Virus record (IMG/VR): IMGVR_UViG_3300037518_000672
Coordinates: 1-54,656 of that record
DNA from: a virus
Lineage: Duplodnaviria > Caudoviricetes
Reading direction: 5' to 3' (one strand)
DNA length: 54,656 bases
The first letter of the stretch is position 1, and every line of letters begins with the position of its first letter. Shown piece after piece: positions 16,490 to 27,601 of this stretch. The notes under the pieces were generated by a model, which did no database searches, was not told the DNA's origin, and worked only from the letters and a program-made list of their open reading frames with translations. A program made the translations under genes and the position numbers.

Positions 16490-19466
16490 CGAGCGCGTGA
16501 TTCGGGCCCTGATCCGCTTTGGCCTGGATAAAGCCGCGGCGCAGGCGGCGGCCGAAGAGATCAAGAAATTCAAAAAACCCCTAAAGGACAGCGAGGAGGC
16601 GGCCAAAGAATTAGAGGAGGCCCTAAAACTTGTCGGGAAATCCGGCAAGCACAGCATCAAAGAGGTTGACGCAGAGACTGTCAAGCTCGAAAAGGCGCTG
16701 AAGCTGCTGGGTAAATCCGGGAAGTTCGAGATCAAGGAGGTTGACGGGCAAGCCAAAGGTTTCGGGGCGACGATGGGCAAGTTACAGGTGGCCGCGGCGG
16801 CCTTGACAGCCATCTTTGCGGCCGGGAAAATCGTCAGCTTCTTCAAGTCGATTGCGGCGGCGGCGGTCGGGGCCAATAAAGAATTTGAGGTCTACCGGGC
16901 TCAGTTCGAGACGCTGCTCGGCTCGACTACGGCTGCTCAACAACGCCTCGAGGAGCTGGCCCGGTTTGGGGTAGAGACCCCTTTCGAGCTACCGGAAATC
17001 GTCGAGGCCAGCCGGCAGCTTCAGGTCTTCGGCGGCACGGCCTTGGCCACCGGCGACAATCTGCGAATGGTCGGCGACATCGCGGCCGGGGTCAACCAGC
17101 CCTTCGCCGAGGTGGCCACCTGGGTTGGCCGGATGTACGATGCTGTCCAAAACGGCCAACCGTTTGGAGAGGCCGCCCAGCGCCTCCAGGAAATGGGGGC
17201 GCTCTCCGGTGACGCTCGACGCAAATTAGAGTCGATGCAGAAAGCCGGCGAGGACAGCAATAAGATCTTCGCCGTTTTTTCCGACGAGGTGGGCGGGCGT
17301 TTTGCCGGCAACATGGAGCGGCTGTCCGGCACGCTGCAAGGCATTATTTCCAACCTGATCGATTTTCAACAAAACCTGCTCCGGGTTGGCGGCGAACCGT
17401 ATTTCGAGCAAGTCAAAGGTGACGCTAAAGAATTATTAGACATCGTTTCCGATCCGGAGATGATGACCGCCCTCGAAAACCTGGCCGGGGCCCTGGCCGG
17501 GGCCGCGGCCCAAGCCCAGGCTCTGGCTACCTCCCCTCTGCTGGAGTCGTTGGCCGGGGTCGAGCCGGAGACCATCCAGGATCTGGCCGACGCGCTACAG
17601 GATGCGGCCGACGCCCTCTCTGAATTCCTGGGACAGGATTATGATGCCGATCTAAATAGCCTCATCAAATTACTGACCACCGTCGTCGATACTATCACGT
17701 TTTTCACCAACGCCGCCAACCGGCTCAAGAGTACCCTGGAGCCAATCGCTCCAATCATCGATGCCCTCAAGCGCGTCTTTTTGGGGATGGTCGCCCCGAT
17801 CACGACCGTCATCGAGGGCTTCAAGGCGCTCAATGATTTGGCTGAGCAACTGACCGGAAAAGGCCTGGTCGATTTTAGCCGGGCCGCAGCGGACGCCAGC
17901 CAGACCGAGGCCCAAGAGCAAAAGAAGCTGGCGGAGGCTCACCTGGAATTGGCCCAGGCCCGGCAGGACTCGGCCGCCGCGGCCGCCGCGGCGACGCAGG
18001 CGACCGAGGATAGCACTGAAGCGGTCGAGGACGCCATCGACGCCACCGAGGAGTACGAAGCGGCCCTGGGCAAGATCAACGACAAGATGGAGGATCTGGC
18101 CACCGACGTCGCCCGCAAGCGCGAAGACATCATGCAGGATCACGAGCGCGACCTGGCGGACCTGAGCGAGCAGGGCGAGGAAGAGCGGCTCGATATTATG
18201 ATCGAGGCCGAGCGCAAGCGGCTCGATGCGGCCGAGGAATTTGCCCGCAAGCGGGTCGATGCCGCCACCGAGAACCTGCGGCGCATCGAGGACATCGAGC
18301 GCAAGCACAACCAGGATCTGGCGGCGGCGGGCACCGAACTGAGCCGAACCGAGCAGGATATCGCCCGCAAATTTAGCCAGCAGCAAATCGACCTGGCCAA
18401 ACAATCGGCCCAGAAAAAGCAGGATATCGAAACCGAACACCTGCGCCGGATCCGGGATATTCGCACTCAATTTGAATACGCGGCAGAGGAGGCAGTCCGC
18501 AATCAAGACGCCATCGGTTTTCTGCGATCCCAGCGGGACCGGGACCGGCAGCTGCAGGCGGCCGGGCAAGATCGGCAGGACAAGCAGGCTGACGAGGCGA
18601 CCGAAATTCAGCGCAGCCAGGAGCAGCAGCGCGAGCAGCAGCAGCGCGAATTGGAAGAGGCCCGGCTGGCCAACCAGCGCAAGGTCGAGGATCTCAGGGC
18701 CCGGCTGGCTCAGGAGCTGGAAGAGAACCGGCTCAAGCTAGAGCGGGAGCTGGCCGACATCAGCCTGGCCGAGGATCGCAAGCGGGCCGACTCGCAGAAG
18801 GCCCTGGAGCGGGAACTGGAGGATCAGCGCAAATCCGAAGAGCGGAAGCGGGCTGATTTACAGAAGAACCTGGAGCAGCGTTTGCAAGACCTGGCCCAGG
18901 CCGAGGACCGGCGCAAGGCCGATCTGGGGAAATCGTTGGCCGCCGAGTTGGAGATCGTCAAAAAATACGAGGCTGACCGCACCAAAATCCAGGTGCAGGC
19001 GGCCCAGGATCGAGCCGCTCAGTTGGCCCAATATGAGCAGCAAAACGGCCCGGCCACGCCCGACAATCCCAACTATCCGGCCGGGCCGCGAGCCGGCCAA
19101 ACGCCCTACAGCGGCGGCAGCTCAGCGGGCGGTTCGTCCCGAACGGGGACCCGCTTCCGCCGGCGAGCCAGCGGCGGCTACGCCGATCCCGGCCTCTACA
19201 ATCTGGGCGAGGCCGGCCAGGAGTTCGTCCTGAACAACGCCACCACCCGGGCGGCCGAGACGGCCCTGGGCGGCGCTTTGAGCCAGGGCGGTTTATTGGC
19301 GAGCCTCCTGGGGGGCGGCGGCCTGGGCGGATCAACCAGCCAGGCCAGCACCCTCAACTACGGCCCGACCTACAATTTCAGCGAGCGGGATGATACCCAG
19401 CTCATCATGGATCAGATCGAGTCGCGGATCGATGAAAAATTACTGCGCCTGACCAGGGGGTACTAA
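16482..19466 (+). CDS. Tape measure protein
   Basis: FETLLGS...ETPFELPEI tape-measure domain, long coiled coil, GGY...GEAGQEFVL motif. Confidence 0.9.
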   Translation: MADERVIRALIRFGLDKAAAQAAAEEIKKFKKPLKDSEEAAKELEEALKLVGKSGKHSIKEVDAETVKLEKALKLLGKSGKFEIKEVDGQAKGFGATMGKLQVAAAALTAIFAAGKIVSFFKSIAAAAVGANKEFEVYRAQFETLLGSTTAAQQRLEELARFGVETPFELPEIVEASRQLQVFGGTALATGDNLRMVGDIAAGVNQPFAEVATWVGRMYDAVQNGQPFGEAAQRLQEMGALSGDARRKLESMQKAGEDSNKIFAVFSDEVGGRFAGNMERLSGTLQGIISNLIDFQQNLLRVGGEPYFEQVKGDAKELLDIVSDPEMMTALENLAGALAGAAAQAQALATSPLLESLAGVEPETIQDLADALQDAADALSEFLGQDYDADLNSLIKLLTTVVDTITFFTNAANRLKSTLEPIAPIIDALKRVFLGMVAPITTVIEGFKALNDLAEQLTGKGLVDFSRAAADASQTEAQEQKKLAEAHLELAQARQDSAAAAAAATQATEDSTEAVEDAIDATEEYEAALGKINDKMEDLATDVARKREDIMQDHERDLADLSEQGEEERLDIMIEAERKRLDAAEEFARKRVDAATENLRRIEDIERKHNQDLAAAGTELSRTEQDIARKFSQQQIDLAKQSAQKKQDIETEHLRRIRDIRTQFEYAAEEAVRNQDAIGFLRSQRDRDRQLQAAGQDRQDKQADEATEIQRSQEQQREQQQRELEEARLANQRKVEDLRARLAQELEENRLKLERELADISLAEDRKRADSQKALERELEDQRKSEERKRADLQKNLEQRLQDLAQAEDRRKADLGKSLAAELEIVKKYEADRTKIQVQAAQDRAAQLAQYEQQNGPATPDNPNYPAGPRAGQTPYSGGSSAGGSSRTGTRFRRRASGGYADPGLYNLGEAGQEFVLNNATTRAAETALGGALSQGGLLASLLGGGGLGGSTSQASTLNYGPTYNFSERDDTQLIMDQIESRIDEKLLRLTRGY

Positions 19467-19467
19467 C

Positions 19468-19863
19468 ATGGCTCGCTACAATTACGCCCTGGGCACAAGT
19501 AATCCCCCCACCAACGTCGAAATAGTCACGGCGACGGCGGAGTATCCGGCCGGACGCTCGCCGCGAGGCCGGTTTTACGAGGCTTCGGTTTTGATCGACC
19601 AACTTGACGGCCACGTGGCCGGCCACGGGGCGGCCGTCGCCGTCTGGATTTTTGATGTTTTAACCCAGGCGATGGTCAACCAGCTCCGGGCCATCTGCCC
19701 CGGCCGGAGCGCCAACGTCTACCTGACCACTCGCGTATCCGACGGCACCTTTCTCACCTGCCGCGCGATCATGGTCTGGCCGGTCGAGCAGATGGACCGC
19801 CGCAATTTCAACGGTCGCTACTTGGGTCTCGAATTTACATTCAGGAATTTGGAGGCGGTCTGA
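19468..19863 (+). CDS. Distal tail protein-like
   Basis: Small beta-rich ORF right after the tape measure gene. Confidence 0.5.
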   Translation: MARYNYALGTSNPPTNVEIVTATAEYPAGRSPRGRFYEASVLIDQLDGHVAGHGAAVAVWIFDVLTQAMVNQLRAICPGRSANVYLTTRVSDGTFLTCRAIMVWPVEQMDRRNFNGRYLGLEFTFRNLEAV

Positions 19864-22667
19864 TGCCGGTTATTTCCGCAGGCGACCTCAGCCTCATTCG
19901 CACCACCCAGAACCGGACCAAGCTCTGTTTGTCGGTGTCGCGGCCTCGAACGTTGCTGACAGCCCTGGTCGATAACGGAGCGATTGGCCGGGGAGCGACC
20001 AGCATCCCCTACGACGGCGGTGACGGGACCGGCTTCGCTGACATCGTGGCCGGCCAACTGCTAAAGGTCGAGACGGCGACCGGCACCAAACTGGTGCGGA
20101 TCAGGTCCATCACCGGCGACCAGGCCAGCGGCACCCTGGTGGTGGCCGCCAACAGCATCTTCTGGGCCGACAATCTGGCCCTGACCGCGCTGGATGATTT
20201 CCCGCTGTTCCCGCTGACCCCGCGCTTCGACAGCGGCGGCGCGTTTTACAAAGACTGGGACCTGGCCTACTCCGACCAAAACAGCCAGCCGCCGCCGGTG
20301 TGTATCGCCGGTCCTCATCGGGTTGGATTTTTGAGCAGCGGAGCGATCACCTTTCGAGTTGACCTGACCGACTCCTACCCGATGGCCGAGGGGGCCACGA
20401 TTGAGAGCTATGATTTGAGCGTGACCCCCAGCGCCGGGGTGACCATTACCCCGGTCGATACCGGCGTCTACGATGTCGAGTTGACCACAGCCACTCAGCA
20501 TTGGGCCGTGGCCGGCTGCACCGACAGCAACGGCAAATCGCAGACCACCCGCCGGCGACTGATCGGCCACGACCCGGATCCCGCCGACGCCGATTATCCC
20601 GATGCCGATCTGGGGATCACCACCCTCAGCGGCGACTGGAACCGGGCCGGCTGGAATATGAACATCACCGTCCACGGGGCGGCCTCACCGGCCGATTACC
20701 CGGAGGAGGCCCTGGTCATCCTGTGGGCGGAGGCGTGGTACGGCGCGACCAAAAAATACATCGGTGGGCCGGCCGGCGGGCAGAACATCCTGTTCGCCGG
20801 CTATATCCAGCGGGACACGGTAGTGGCCGATTGGGTGCAGGGCGCGGTCACCTTCGAGGCGACCACCATCGAGGGCCTGCTCCGCGAGATCCCGATGTAC
20901 AACATCAGCCTGGCCGCGGTGCGCTCGCCGGCAGCCTGGTACGAATACGCCCTGTGGCTGACCCCGGGCCGGGCCATCCACCATCTGTGGCGCTGGCACT
21001 CCACAGTGCTGGAGATCGCCGATGTCTTTGGCTTGACAGGCTCCAGTCTGCGCCGCAAGTATGCCGAGATCCAAAATAGTAATCTTTACAATATGGCCGA
21101 GGAGATGGCCGTCAGCCTAGCCGCCCATCTGGTCAGTAACAAGCAGGGCCAGATCCACCTAGTGCAGGATGCCCAGCTCCTCGATGACCTCGACCGGCCA
21201 GGCCTGGCCACGGTGGCCACCCTGGGCGAGACGGATTACCGGCAATTGACCATCGTCGAGCAGGACGACCGGGCCGGCACGGCCTTTCTGTCCGGCCTCT
21301 TCTTCGATGGCGGAGCGGTCTCGGCCTACTGCGCCAAAGCGCCCGGCGACGTGCTGGGCTTTCGCGGGCCGGGCCAGGTGACGGTTGAGCGCCAGGTGCT
21401 GGCCAGCCAGGTACATGCCAACAATCTGGTCGGGCGCCACCTGGCCGTCGCCAACAACCCCTACCCCGAAGTGCGGCTCGACGACCTGGCCGGCCTTTGG
21501 CTGGGGGCGCTGGATATCCTGGGCAACGAATGGTGGGCCATCGATGTGGCCGCGGCCGATACGACCCGCAGCGTCAACTGGAGCGGAAAGAAAATCATAC
21601 CGCGCAGTATCGACCTGCGGGCCACATCGTCGGGCGACTATCTGGCCACCAATCTCGGCTGCGAGCCCGAGGCCGAGGGACCGCCTGGCATCGAGACGGC
21701 CTGCCTGGAGGGACTGCCGGCAGACAGCGAGACCAGCAACGATCCACCGACCTGGCCGGATGAGGGCGGCGACGTGCTGGGGTCGCTGGTCGCCTTTATC
21801 GATGCCGACAGCGGCTGCTATTTTCGGGATGACAACGCCGTCGACTGGTCGGTGCGCAATGCCGACCTGGGCGGAGCCGACACCCAGGATCATCACGGCA
21901 ATTTTGACCCGTGGTGGTTTACCCCGCCCCCAGCCGGCAACGGCACGGCCAACCCGGAGGGGGCTATTCTGATCAAGGCCAACACCGGCAAATTATTTCG
22001 CTCCGATCTGGCCGGGAACAACTGGCGGGAGAACACTCCGACCATCGATCCCCCCAACGACTGGGGCGATAGCCCGGCTCCGACGGTGGCTGACCTGACC
22101 TTCGTCCACCTGAGCGGCGATTTTTTCAGCGCCTACACCTATTACGTCCTGGCCGAGTGGCAAAATGGCAGCAGCGCCTGGCGGGGCTGGCTGCTGGTGA
22201 CTGTCAACAACGGCTACTCCTGGCAATGGATCAGCCTCTACACCGCCAGCAACGTGGCCACCCGGCCGTTATGGTTGGCGGTGGCCGGGCTGGGGGGCTG
22301 GCTGTGGCTGACCGAGTGGCGGGACGGGGCGCTCTACCTGCTCAAATATTCATTGCCCGCTTTCGGCGCTCCAACGGCTATCGACCTGGGCAGCGCGAGC
22401 CTGGCCGAGGTCGATGACCGGACCTATTACGCCTTTCCGGTGACCGGGCTGGGCGATGACGAACTGGTGTTTGTGGCCGGCCGAATGACCGCGCCGGCGG
22501 GCCTGGCCGGGGTGCAGCATATCATCAAATCGGTCGATGGCGGCGCGGTCTTCGCCAGCGTCGAGAGCGGTTGGGACACCGACCACTGTGGCGCGTTCGA
22601 GGCCGGCCTGGCCAACGAGAGCGGCGACCGGCAATTTTATGCCGTGCGGCAATTTGGAGGAACTTAA
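19863..22667 (+). CDS. Large tail tip/hub protein with C-terminal propeller-like repeats
   Basis: Position; Asp-box-like SDLAGNNW, TVNNGYSW, SVDGGAVF. Confidence 0.65.
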   Translation: MPVISAGDLSLIRTTQNRTKLCLSVSRPRTLLTALVDNGAIGRGATSIPYDGGDGTGFADIVAGQLLKVETATGTKLVRIRSITGDQASGTLVVAANSIFWADNLALTALDDFPLFPLTPRFDSGGAFYKDWDLAYSDQNSQPPPVCIAGPHRVGFLSSGAITFRVDLTDSYPMAEGATIESYDLSVTPSAGVTITPVDTGVYDVELTTATQHWAVAGCTDSNGKSQTTRRRLIGHDPDPADADYPDADLGITTLSGDWNRAGWNMNITVHGAASPADYPEEALVILWAEAWYGATKKYIGGPAGGQNILFAGYIQRDTVVADWVQGAVTFEATTIEGLLREIPMYNISLAAVRSPAAWYEYALWLTPGRAIHHLWRWHSTVLEIADVFGLTGSSLRRKYAEIQNSNLYNMAEEMAVSLAAHLVSNKQGQIHLVQDAQLLDDLDRPGLATVATLGETDYRQLTIVEQDDRAGTAFLSGLFFDGGAVSAYCAKAPGDVLGFRGPGQVTVERQVLASQVHANNLVGRHLAVANNPYPEVRLDDLAGLWLGALDILGNEWWAIDVAAADTTRSVNWSGKKIIPRSIDLRATSSGDYLATNLGCEPEAEGPPGIETACLEGLPADSETSNDPPTWPDEGGDVLGSLVAFIDADSGCYFRDDNAVDWSVRNADLGGADTQDHHGNFDPWWFTPPPAGNGTANPEGAILIKANTGKLFRSDLAGNNWRENTPTIDPPNDWGDSPAPTVADLTFVHLSGDFFSAYTYYVLAEWQNGSSAWRGWLLVTVNNGYSWQWISLYTASNVATRPLWLAVAGLGGWLWLTEWRDGALYLLKYSLPAFGAPTAIDLGSASLAEVDDRTYYAFPVTGLGDDELVFVAGRMTAPAGLAGVQHIIKSVDGGAVFASVESGWDTDHCGAFEAGLANESGDRQFYAVRQFGGT

Positions 22668-22669
22668 TC

Positions 22670-24037
22670 ATGGCGACCTGGGTCGGAGCTCACACGAATT
22701 TGGCATTTGAATTAAATCTCGCCTGCGTCACCGACGGGACCAACATCTATGGCAACTCGTTGACCGAAGCGGCGATCAAAATGTACGCGCCGGCGGATGA
22801 TTCGTTGACCACGATCTCGGACGGCGTGGTGACTTCCGGCACGCTGAAATGGTTTCGGGGCCACCTGTACGCCCTCAGATCGGGTGAGGGAAATAGCTAC
22901 ATCTACCGCTGGAACGGCGGCCAGAATTGGAGCCTGGTCCACACCATCAGCCCGACGTTAATCGAGGCCGCCGGGGTTTTGGTCTACACCCCGGTCGAGC
23001 TTGGTTGGTCGGATTTTATGACGGACGGCAAGTATCTGGTTTTGGTCCAGGATTATTATGGCGATGACCCGGCCATCACCAGCGCCGACGAGCATGGGGT
23101 ATATGTCAGCTACACCGTCAATGGCACTAATTGGGGGCAAGGGTCGATAAACGCCACCAATCATTTTATTATTCCTTACAGCGAGGACCGCAGCCATTTT
23201 ATCGGTACGCCGTACCATCCGGCTGAGGTCGGCCTGGCCACGGTCATCAGAACGGCCAGCGAGACGGACAAGGTTTTCCAATTTGTTAACGGCCAATTAC
23301 AGGAGAAAGCAAGCGCGATATCGGGCACGCTCTACTACGCCTTTTCGGATCGAAAATATTTCTGGCGACGAGATACCCCTCTGTCACAAGGGGCTCCCGT
23401 CGAGGACAACGTGGCCTATTCCGTGGATCTGGCGAATTGGACGGCGACCACCCTCTACATTGTGCCGATCAGAAACAATTGCCTGGCCCCGCTGGGCTAC
23501 GGGGTGGATACCACTCTCAATCAGATCGATCTCTACTTGTGGGATGGCTCAGACTGGGTCCTGTCGCCGAGCGACACAAACGGGATATCTGGGACCGTCG
23601 TTGATTTTGGGGCTAATTACGTCGATAATTTTATCCGGCTCAAGGATGGGACATGCTACGCATTTGTAGGAGTCGACAGCGGCGGCTCGCCATTTTGGAA
23701 GGTGCGCTCGGATCCGCTAGGTGGCCCTGGCCGGCCGCCCGAAGAACAGCCTTATGCCGCGGCCCGTTTTTACTCCGGCGAAGAGAGCTTGACCGAGCGG
23801 AGCCAGTTGCCATTCAGCGAGGTGGGGCCGGGTGGCCTGGACGTGCGCGGCGACCGAATTGCGGCGGTGGGCAATCACCAGCCCGGCCAACCGGTGGTGG
23901 CCCTGGCCAGCGCCGAGACCGATTTCAGTGACTGGCTCGATCACAGCGGCAGTGTCCCGACTGACGGCCAGGTCACTTCGCTGAGGTGGGTCATCCCAGG
24001 CACCGTCACCGACACGATAGGTTTTGTTATTTACTAG
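22670..24037 (+). CDS. Tail protein, beta-propeller-like (possible receptor binding)
   Basis: GGAGG RBS before ATG 22670; W/Y-rich beta repeats. Confidence 0.6.
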   Translation: MATWVGAHTNLAFELNLACVTDGTNIYGNSLTEAAIKMYAPADDSLTTISDGVVTSGTLKWFRGHLYALRSGEGNSYIYRWNGGQNWSLVHTISPTLIEAAGVLVYTPVELGWSDFMTDGKYLVLVQDYYGDDPAITSADEHGVYVSYTVNGTNWGQGSINATNHFIIPYSEDRSHFIGTPYHPAEVGLATVIRTASETDKVFQFVNGQLQEKASAISGTLYYAFSDRKYFWRRDTPLSQGAPVEDNVAYSVDLANWTATTLYIVPIRNNCLAPLGYGVDTTLNQIDLYLWDGSDWVLSPSDTNGISGTVVDFGANYVDNFIRLKDGTCYAFVGVDSGGSPFWKVRSDPLGGPGRPPEEQPYAAARFYSGEESLTERSQLPFSEVGPGGLDVRGDRIAAVGNHQPGQPVVALASAETDFSDWLDHSGSVPTDGQVTSLRWVIPGTVTDTIGFVIY

Positions 24038-24044
24038 AGGACCC

Positions 24045-24842
24045 ATGAGCGTTGTTTTCGAGCGGGCCTTAGCCGCCAAAAAAGAAGCCGATAATCAATT
24101 CGAGCGGGATCAGCCCGCCTTCCAGGGGGTGCTGGTGGCCGTCGACTCGCCCAATGCGGCGGTGGCCAATCAGCCCGGCCGGGTCTGGGCCCGGCCATTT
24201 GGCCAGGACGACACCCCGCCGATCCCGGTCTTCAATCGCAAGGTGCCGCCGACCGTCGGCCTGCGGGTGATCGTCAAGCGGGCCCCGAAGGAGCCGTTCG
24301 ACTGGGAGGTTTTCGATTGGGACACCGGCCAGGCCTCCATTCGGGACAACTATAGCGAGACAGCCCTGATGCAGCGCCACGCCCACGAGCATCTGTTTGG
24401 GGGCCGTGACGCCTTATTTCTTTACCTGCGGGCAATGGTCCCCCTACGGACCTCGCCCCAGAGCGGGCTGACGGTGCAGATCGCCCCGCACACCTACCCC
24501 TTCCAGGGCCGGTCAAGAACTTTCATCGGCCAGAATAATTTTGATCTGAGCAGCTATGTCCCGGCCAGCGGTCTGGCCCGGGCGGTGCTGCTCTATCTCG
24601 ATCTAGCCAGCAATATCATTGGGGTGGTGGCCGGGGCGACCATCGTCGATGCCGGCCCGATCAGCCCGTTCCGCCCGGACCCGCCAACCGGTGGCCGGCC
24701 CAGCGCCTGGGTGCGCCTGGCCGGCGACCAGACTGTAGTTGTCGAGAGCGACATCACCGATGCCCGCTTTATTTTGAGCGGCGGCGAAGGCGAACGGCCC
24801 GACGTGGCCGCTCGCTTATATTTACACGGGAGTTACTCATGA
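24045..24842 (+). CDS. Tail/baseplate protein
   Basis: C-terminal ESDITDAR motif common in tail proteins; position. Confidence 0.55.
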   Translation: MSVVFERALAAKKEADNQFERDQPAFQGVLVAVDSPNAAVANQPGRVWARPFGQDDTPPIPVFNRKVPPTVGLRVIVKRAPKEPFDWEVFDWDTGQASIRDNYSETALMQRHAHEHLFGGRDALFLYLRAMVPLRTSPQSGLTVQIAPHTYPFQGRSRTFIGQNNFDLSSYVPASGLARAVLLYLDLASNIIGVVAGATIVDAGPISPFRPDPPTGGRPSAWVRLAGDQTVVVESDITDARFILSGGEGERPDVAARLYLHGSYS

Positions 24843-25240
24843 CCGCCAACACCTACCCTGTTTTTGCTTTGACGCCGCGCTGCGGCATGGCCCAGATTTT
24901 GACGGCCAACACCAACCGGGACGGCACCGGCACCATTGGCACGGTGCTGGCAGCCGGCAGCAACGGCACCCGGATAGATCTAATTACCATCAAGGCCATA
25001 GTGACCACCACCGCCGGCATGATCCGGCTGTTTATCCACGACGGCACCAATTACCGATTGTGGAAGGAGATCGCGGTCAGCGCCATCACCCCCTCGGGCA
25101 CGGTGGCCGCCTTTGCCAGCATTCTGACCCCGGACACGGACGGCGATCTGCCCCTGATCCTGCCGGCCAACTACTCTCTCCGGGCCAGCACCAACAATGC
25201 AGAGACGTTCAACGTCATCGCCCAGGGAGGCGATTTCTAA
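24839..25240 (+). CDS. Small tail-associated beta-sandwich protein
   Basis: ANTNRDGTGTI...GGDF pattern; ATGA overlap. Confidence 0.6.
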   Translation: MTANTYPVFALTPRCGMAQILTANTNRDGTGTIGTVLAAGSNGTRIDLITIKAIVTTTAGMIRLFIHDGTNYRLWKEIAVSAITPSGTVAAFASILTPDTDGDLPLILPANYSLRASTNNAETFNVIAQGGDF

Positions 25241-25241
25241 G

Positions 25242-26654
25242 ATGCGACACGGGGATTTGTTTCGGAGTTTTCCGCAGAGGTACCCATCGCCGGTCGAGGT
25301 CGAAGGCGGGAGCGGCTTCTGGCCTGGCCCTGGTCAGGTAATGATTGGCGGCGTCGTCTATGACACAGTGGCCGATGCCTTCGCCGCCGCCGTTTCGGGA
25401 GATGTAATTTTGATAGGCCCTGGTATATATCCTTGCGCCGATCTGGACATACCTGATGGGGTGCAGGTGATCGGCTCAGGGATGTACGCAACGGAGCTAA
25501 ACGGCGCTACCAGCACAACCTACGTGATAGGCTTTGCTGCTAGCACTACCGCCTCTCTCTCTGACCTAAAGGTCAATAACCCTCGAACTACCGGCGACAT
25601 ATTTGGAGTTAGGGGTTATTTTTCAGGAAGCGCAGGGGCTATACTAGGCAGACTGAAAAACATCCTGATCGAGTGCAAGGAGGGCCTAAGCGGTTCTCAC
25701 AACAGACAGGGCTTTACTGCCGTGAACGGCACGTACATCCTGACCAACGTCCACATAGACGTAACGTCTCTTATCCCGACCGGCACGGCCTACGCTTTGG
25801 CCGGATTCAATGCCAGTGGTGGTACGTGCCGCATAGAGATGGATGGAGGCCGCCTGCGCTCCGGTTGGGGCGAAGATGTTTATGGGCTTAACAGTTCTGT
25901 GACTATCGACCTTATTCAGCCTTATCTGGTCAACAACACGTTTGGCGGCAGTCCGACTTTGCACGGCACGTATCAAACATCGGTTTCCGGCTCAGAGAGA
26001 TTTGTATCTCTCGATGATTTGTTTCAGGGTGCCGGTGAGGATATTTACCCGAATGGGGCGGGGCATCCCCTGTCAGCTCGCTTCATCGAGAGCGGGCGCT
26101 CTCCGACTGACCATTTTCAGAGCGGGGTAATTCCGACCGGCTACACCTGGCAGGTGTCGTCTCCGTTCGTTGTACCGTCAAATTTACTGTATTCGCACAA
26201 AGGTGATTGGCTTAGATTTACACCGGGTAGCTCGGTTCGCTCGTTTTTGTCAAGGACCGGAGCGGTCAGAGGCACGCGATATTTCGCCCGGATTTCGATC
26301 TCTACCGCCTCCAACTGCGGGCGGCGGGTTGATGACGGCACGGATAACAATTATATGGATTGGAGGGTAGCTGCCGTTGGTGCGTCCTACGATCTCTGGC
26401 TAGTCCAACGCACCGGCGGCGGCACCGCCACAGTTACAAATTTTACAACTTACTCTAGCGATAAATCGGTAGTAATCTGCCTGTTTGACCAGGACTTGGG
26501 CAGCGGAAACCACCGGGCGCAGTGCTATCTCATCACCGAATTGGGCGAATTTATTTTAATAGCCACAGGCGCTACGGTGCCCTGGACACCTAGCCGAAGT
26601 GGTTTGATAGGTTTCGGAGTGGGCTTAAATTTCTTTGATTGGTTCGAGAATTAG
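25242..26654 (+). CDS. Tail fibre/spike with beta-helix (pectin lyase-like) domain
   Basis: YDTVADAFAAAVSGDVILIGPGIY start of a beta-helix; visibly lower GC. Confidence 0.7.
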   Translation: MRHGDLFRSFPQRYPSPVEVEGGSGFWPGPGQVMIGGVVYDTVADAFAAAVSGDVILIGPGIYPCADLDIPDGVQVIGSGMYATELNGATSTTYVIGFAASTTASLSDLKVNNPRTTGDIFGVRGYFSGSAGAILGRLKNILIECKEGLSGSHNRQGFTAVNGTYILTNVHIDVTSLIPTGTAYALAGFNASGGTCRIEMDGGRLRSGWGEDVYGLNSSVTIDLIQPYLVNNTFGGSPTLHGTYQTSVSGSERFVSLDDLFQGAGEDIYPNGAGHPLSARFIESGRSPTDHFQSGVIPTGYTWQVSSPFVVPSNLLYSHKGDWLRFTPGSSVRSFLSRTGAVRGTRYFARISISTASNCGRRVDDGTDNNYMDWRVAAVGASYDLWLVQRTGGGTATVTNFTTYSSDKSVVICLFDQDLGSGNHRAQCYLITELGEFILIATGATVPWTPSRSGLIGFGVGLNFFDWFEN

Positions 26655-26662
26655 GGAGAAAT

Positions 26663-27082
26663 ATGAGGCTGAAAAAGATTACCAAAACCTTCCGGGCCGG
26701 GGTCGAAGTTGGCGACCTTATAGAGGTCATTATTGTTGAGTTTGCCACGGCGGGTCAGTTGATTGCTCTGAGCCTGGACTTGCCTGACGGATTTGACGAA
26801 TGGAGCCGGGCTGAAAAAATAGTCTGGGGCAAAGCTGAAGTCACGCAACACCTGGCGAGTAATAGCTACGCCCCCAGCGGGACAGTGATCTATCCCGACT
26901 TATCTGCCGGGGAAGATGCCAGTGCAGCTATCGAGAGTACGCCGGGCTGGGCCGGGTGGACGGCGGCGGAAGCGGAAGGCTGGATAGAGCAGAATGTCTC
27001 GAATTTGGCGAGTGCTAAAACGGCGCTGAAGGCAATGGCTCGGCTGATTGTCCACCTGCGAGACATCACGGTGGAGAGGTGA
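26663..27082 (+). CDS. Hypothetical protein (possible fibre chaperone)
   Basis: GGGAG RBS; last gene of the + strand operon. Confidence 0.6.
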   Translation: MRLKKITKTFRAGVEVGDLIEVIIVEFATAGQLIALSLDLPDGFDEWSRAEKIVWGKAEVTQHLASNSYAPSGTVIYPDLSAGEDASAAIESTPGWAGWTAAEAEGWIEQNVSNLASAKTALKAMARLIVHLRDITVER

Positions 27083-27136
27083 GGCAATGGCCACGGCCGA
27101 GTGGCCGGTAGTGCCGGCCATTGGGTGAGCTGCGAC

Positions 27137-27409
27137 TTACCGCTTCTCTACCCCATCCTGGCCGCCATCGCTGGCCGGGAAGCGCATGACCACCAGCACT
27201 CCGGCCTCGGCCAGGCCCAGCACGATCTCCAGGTCGAGACTGACGTTTTTCGGCAGATCGGGGTCGATCTGCTCCGGATCGACCTGGTAGCGCAGCTCCG
27301 GCTCGACGGCTCCTCGAATGAGCCAGATACCCTCGGCCCCGAAACCGTTGGCCATGCTGATCAATGTTTTCAGTTGGCCGGCCAGGCTCGGATCGGCGTG
27401 ACGCGCCAT
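27137..27409 (-). CDS. Hypothetical protein
   Basis: Coupled to the upstream ORF by TGATG. Confidence 0.55.
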   Translation of the reverse strand: MARHADPSLAGQLKTLISMANGFGAEGIWLIRGAVEPELRYQVDPEQIDPDLPKNVSLDLEIVLGLAEAGVLVVMRFPASDGGQDGVEKR

Positions 27410-27600
27410 CAGCCAACCTCCGGCCGGATAACCTCGGGGATTATCCGGAACGAGCGCCTCACCTCATCGGGCCGCAGGGCGATCCGGCTATTTTTGGAGA
27501 CGTAGGTGACCACGAAGGCTTGGCCGATTTGGGCCGTGACGGTTTCGACCATGTCGGCCGGCCCTTCGAGGGTAAGCTTGATGGTTTTTTCGTTTTTCAA
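27409..27600 (-). CDS. Hypothetical protein
   Basis: GGAG RBS; operon packing. Confidence 0.55.
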   Translation of the reverse strand: MKNEKTIKLTLEGPADMVETVTAQIGQAFVVTYVSKNSRIALRPDEVRRSFRIIPEVIRPEVG

Positions 27601-27601
27601 A

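Noticed and set aside
22670-26654. Diversity-generating retroelement acting on tail fibres
   Set aside because: No reverse transcriptase ORF and no template/variable repeat pair noticed.
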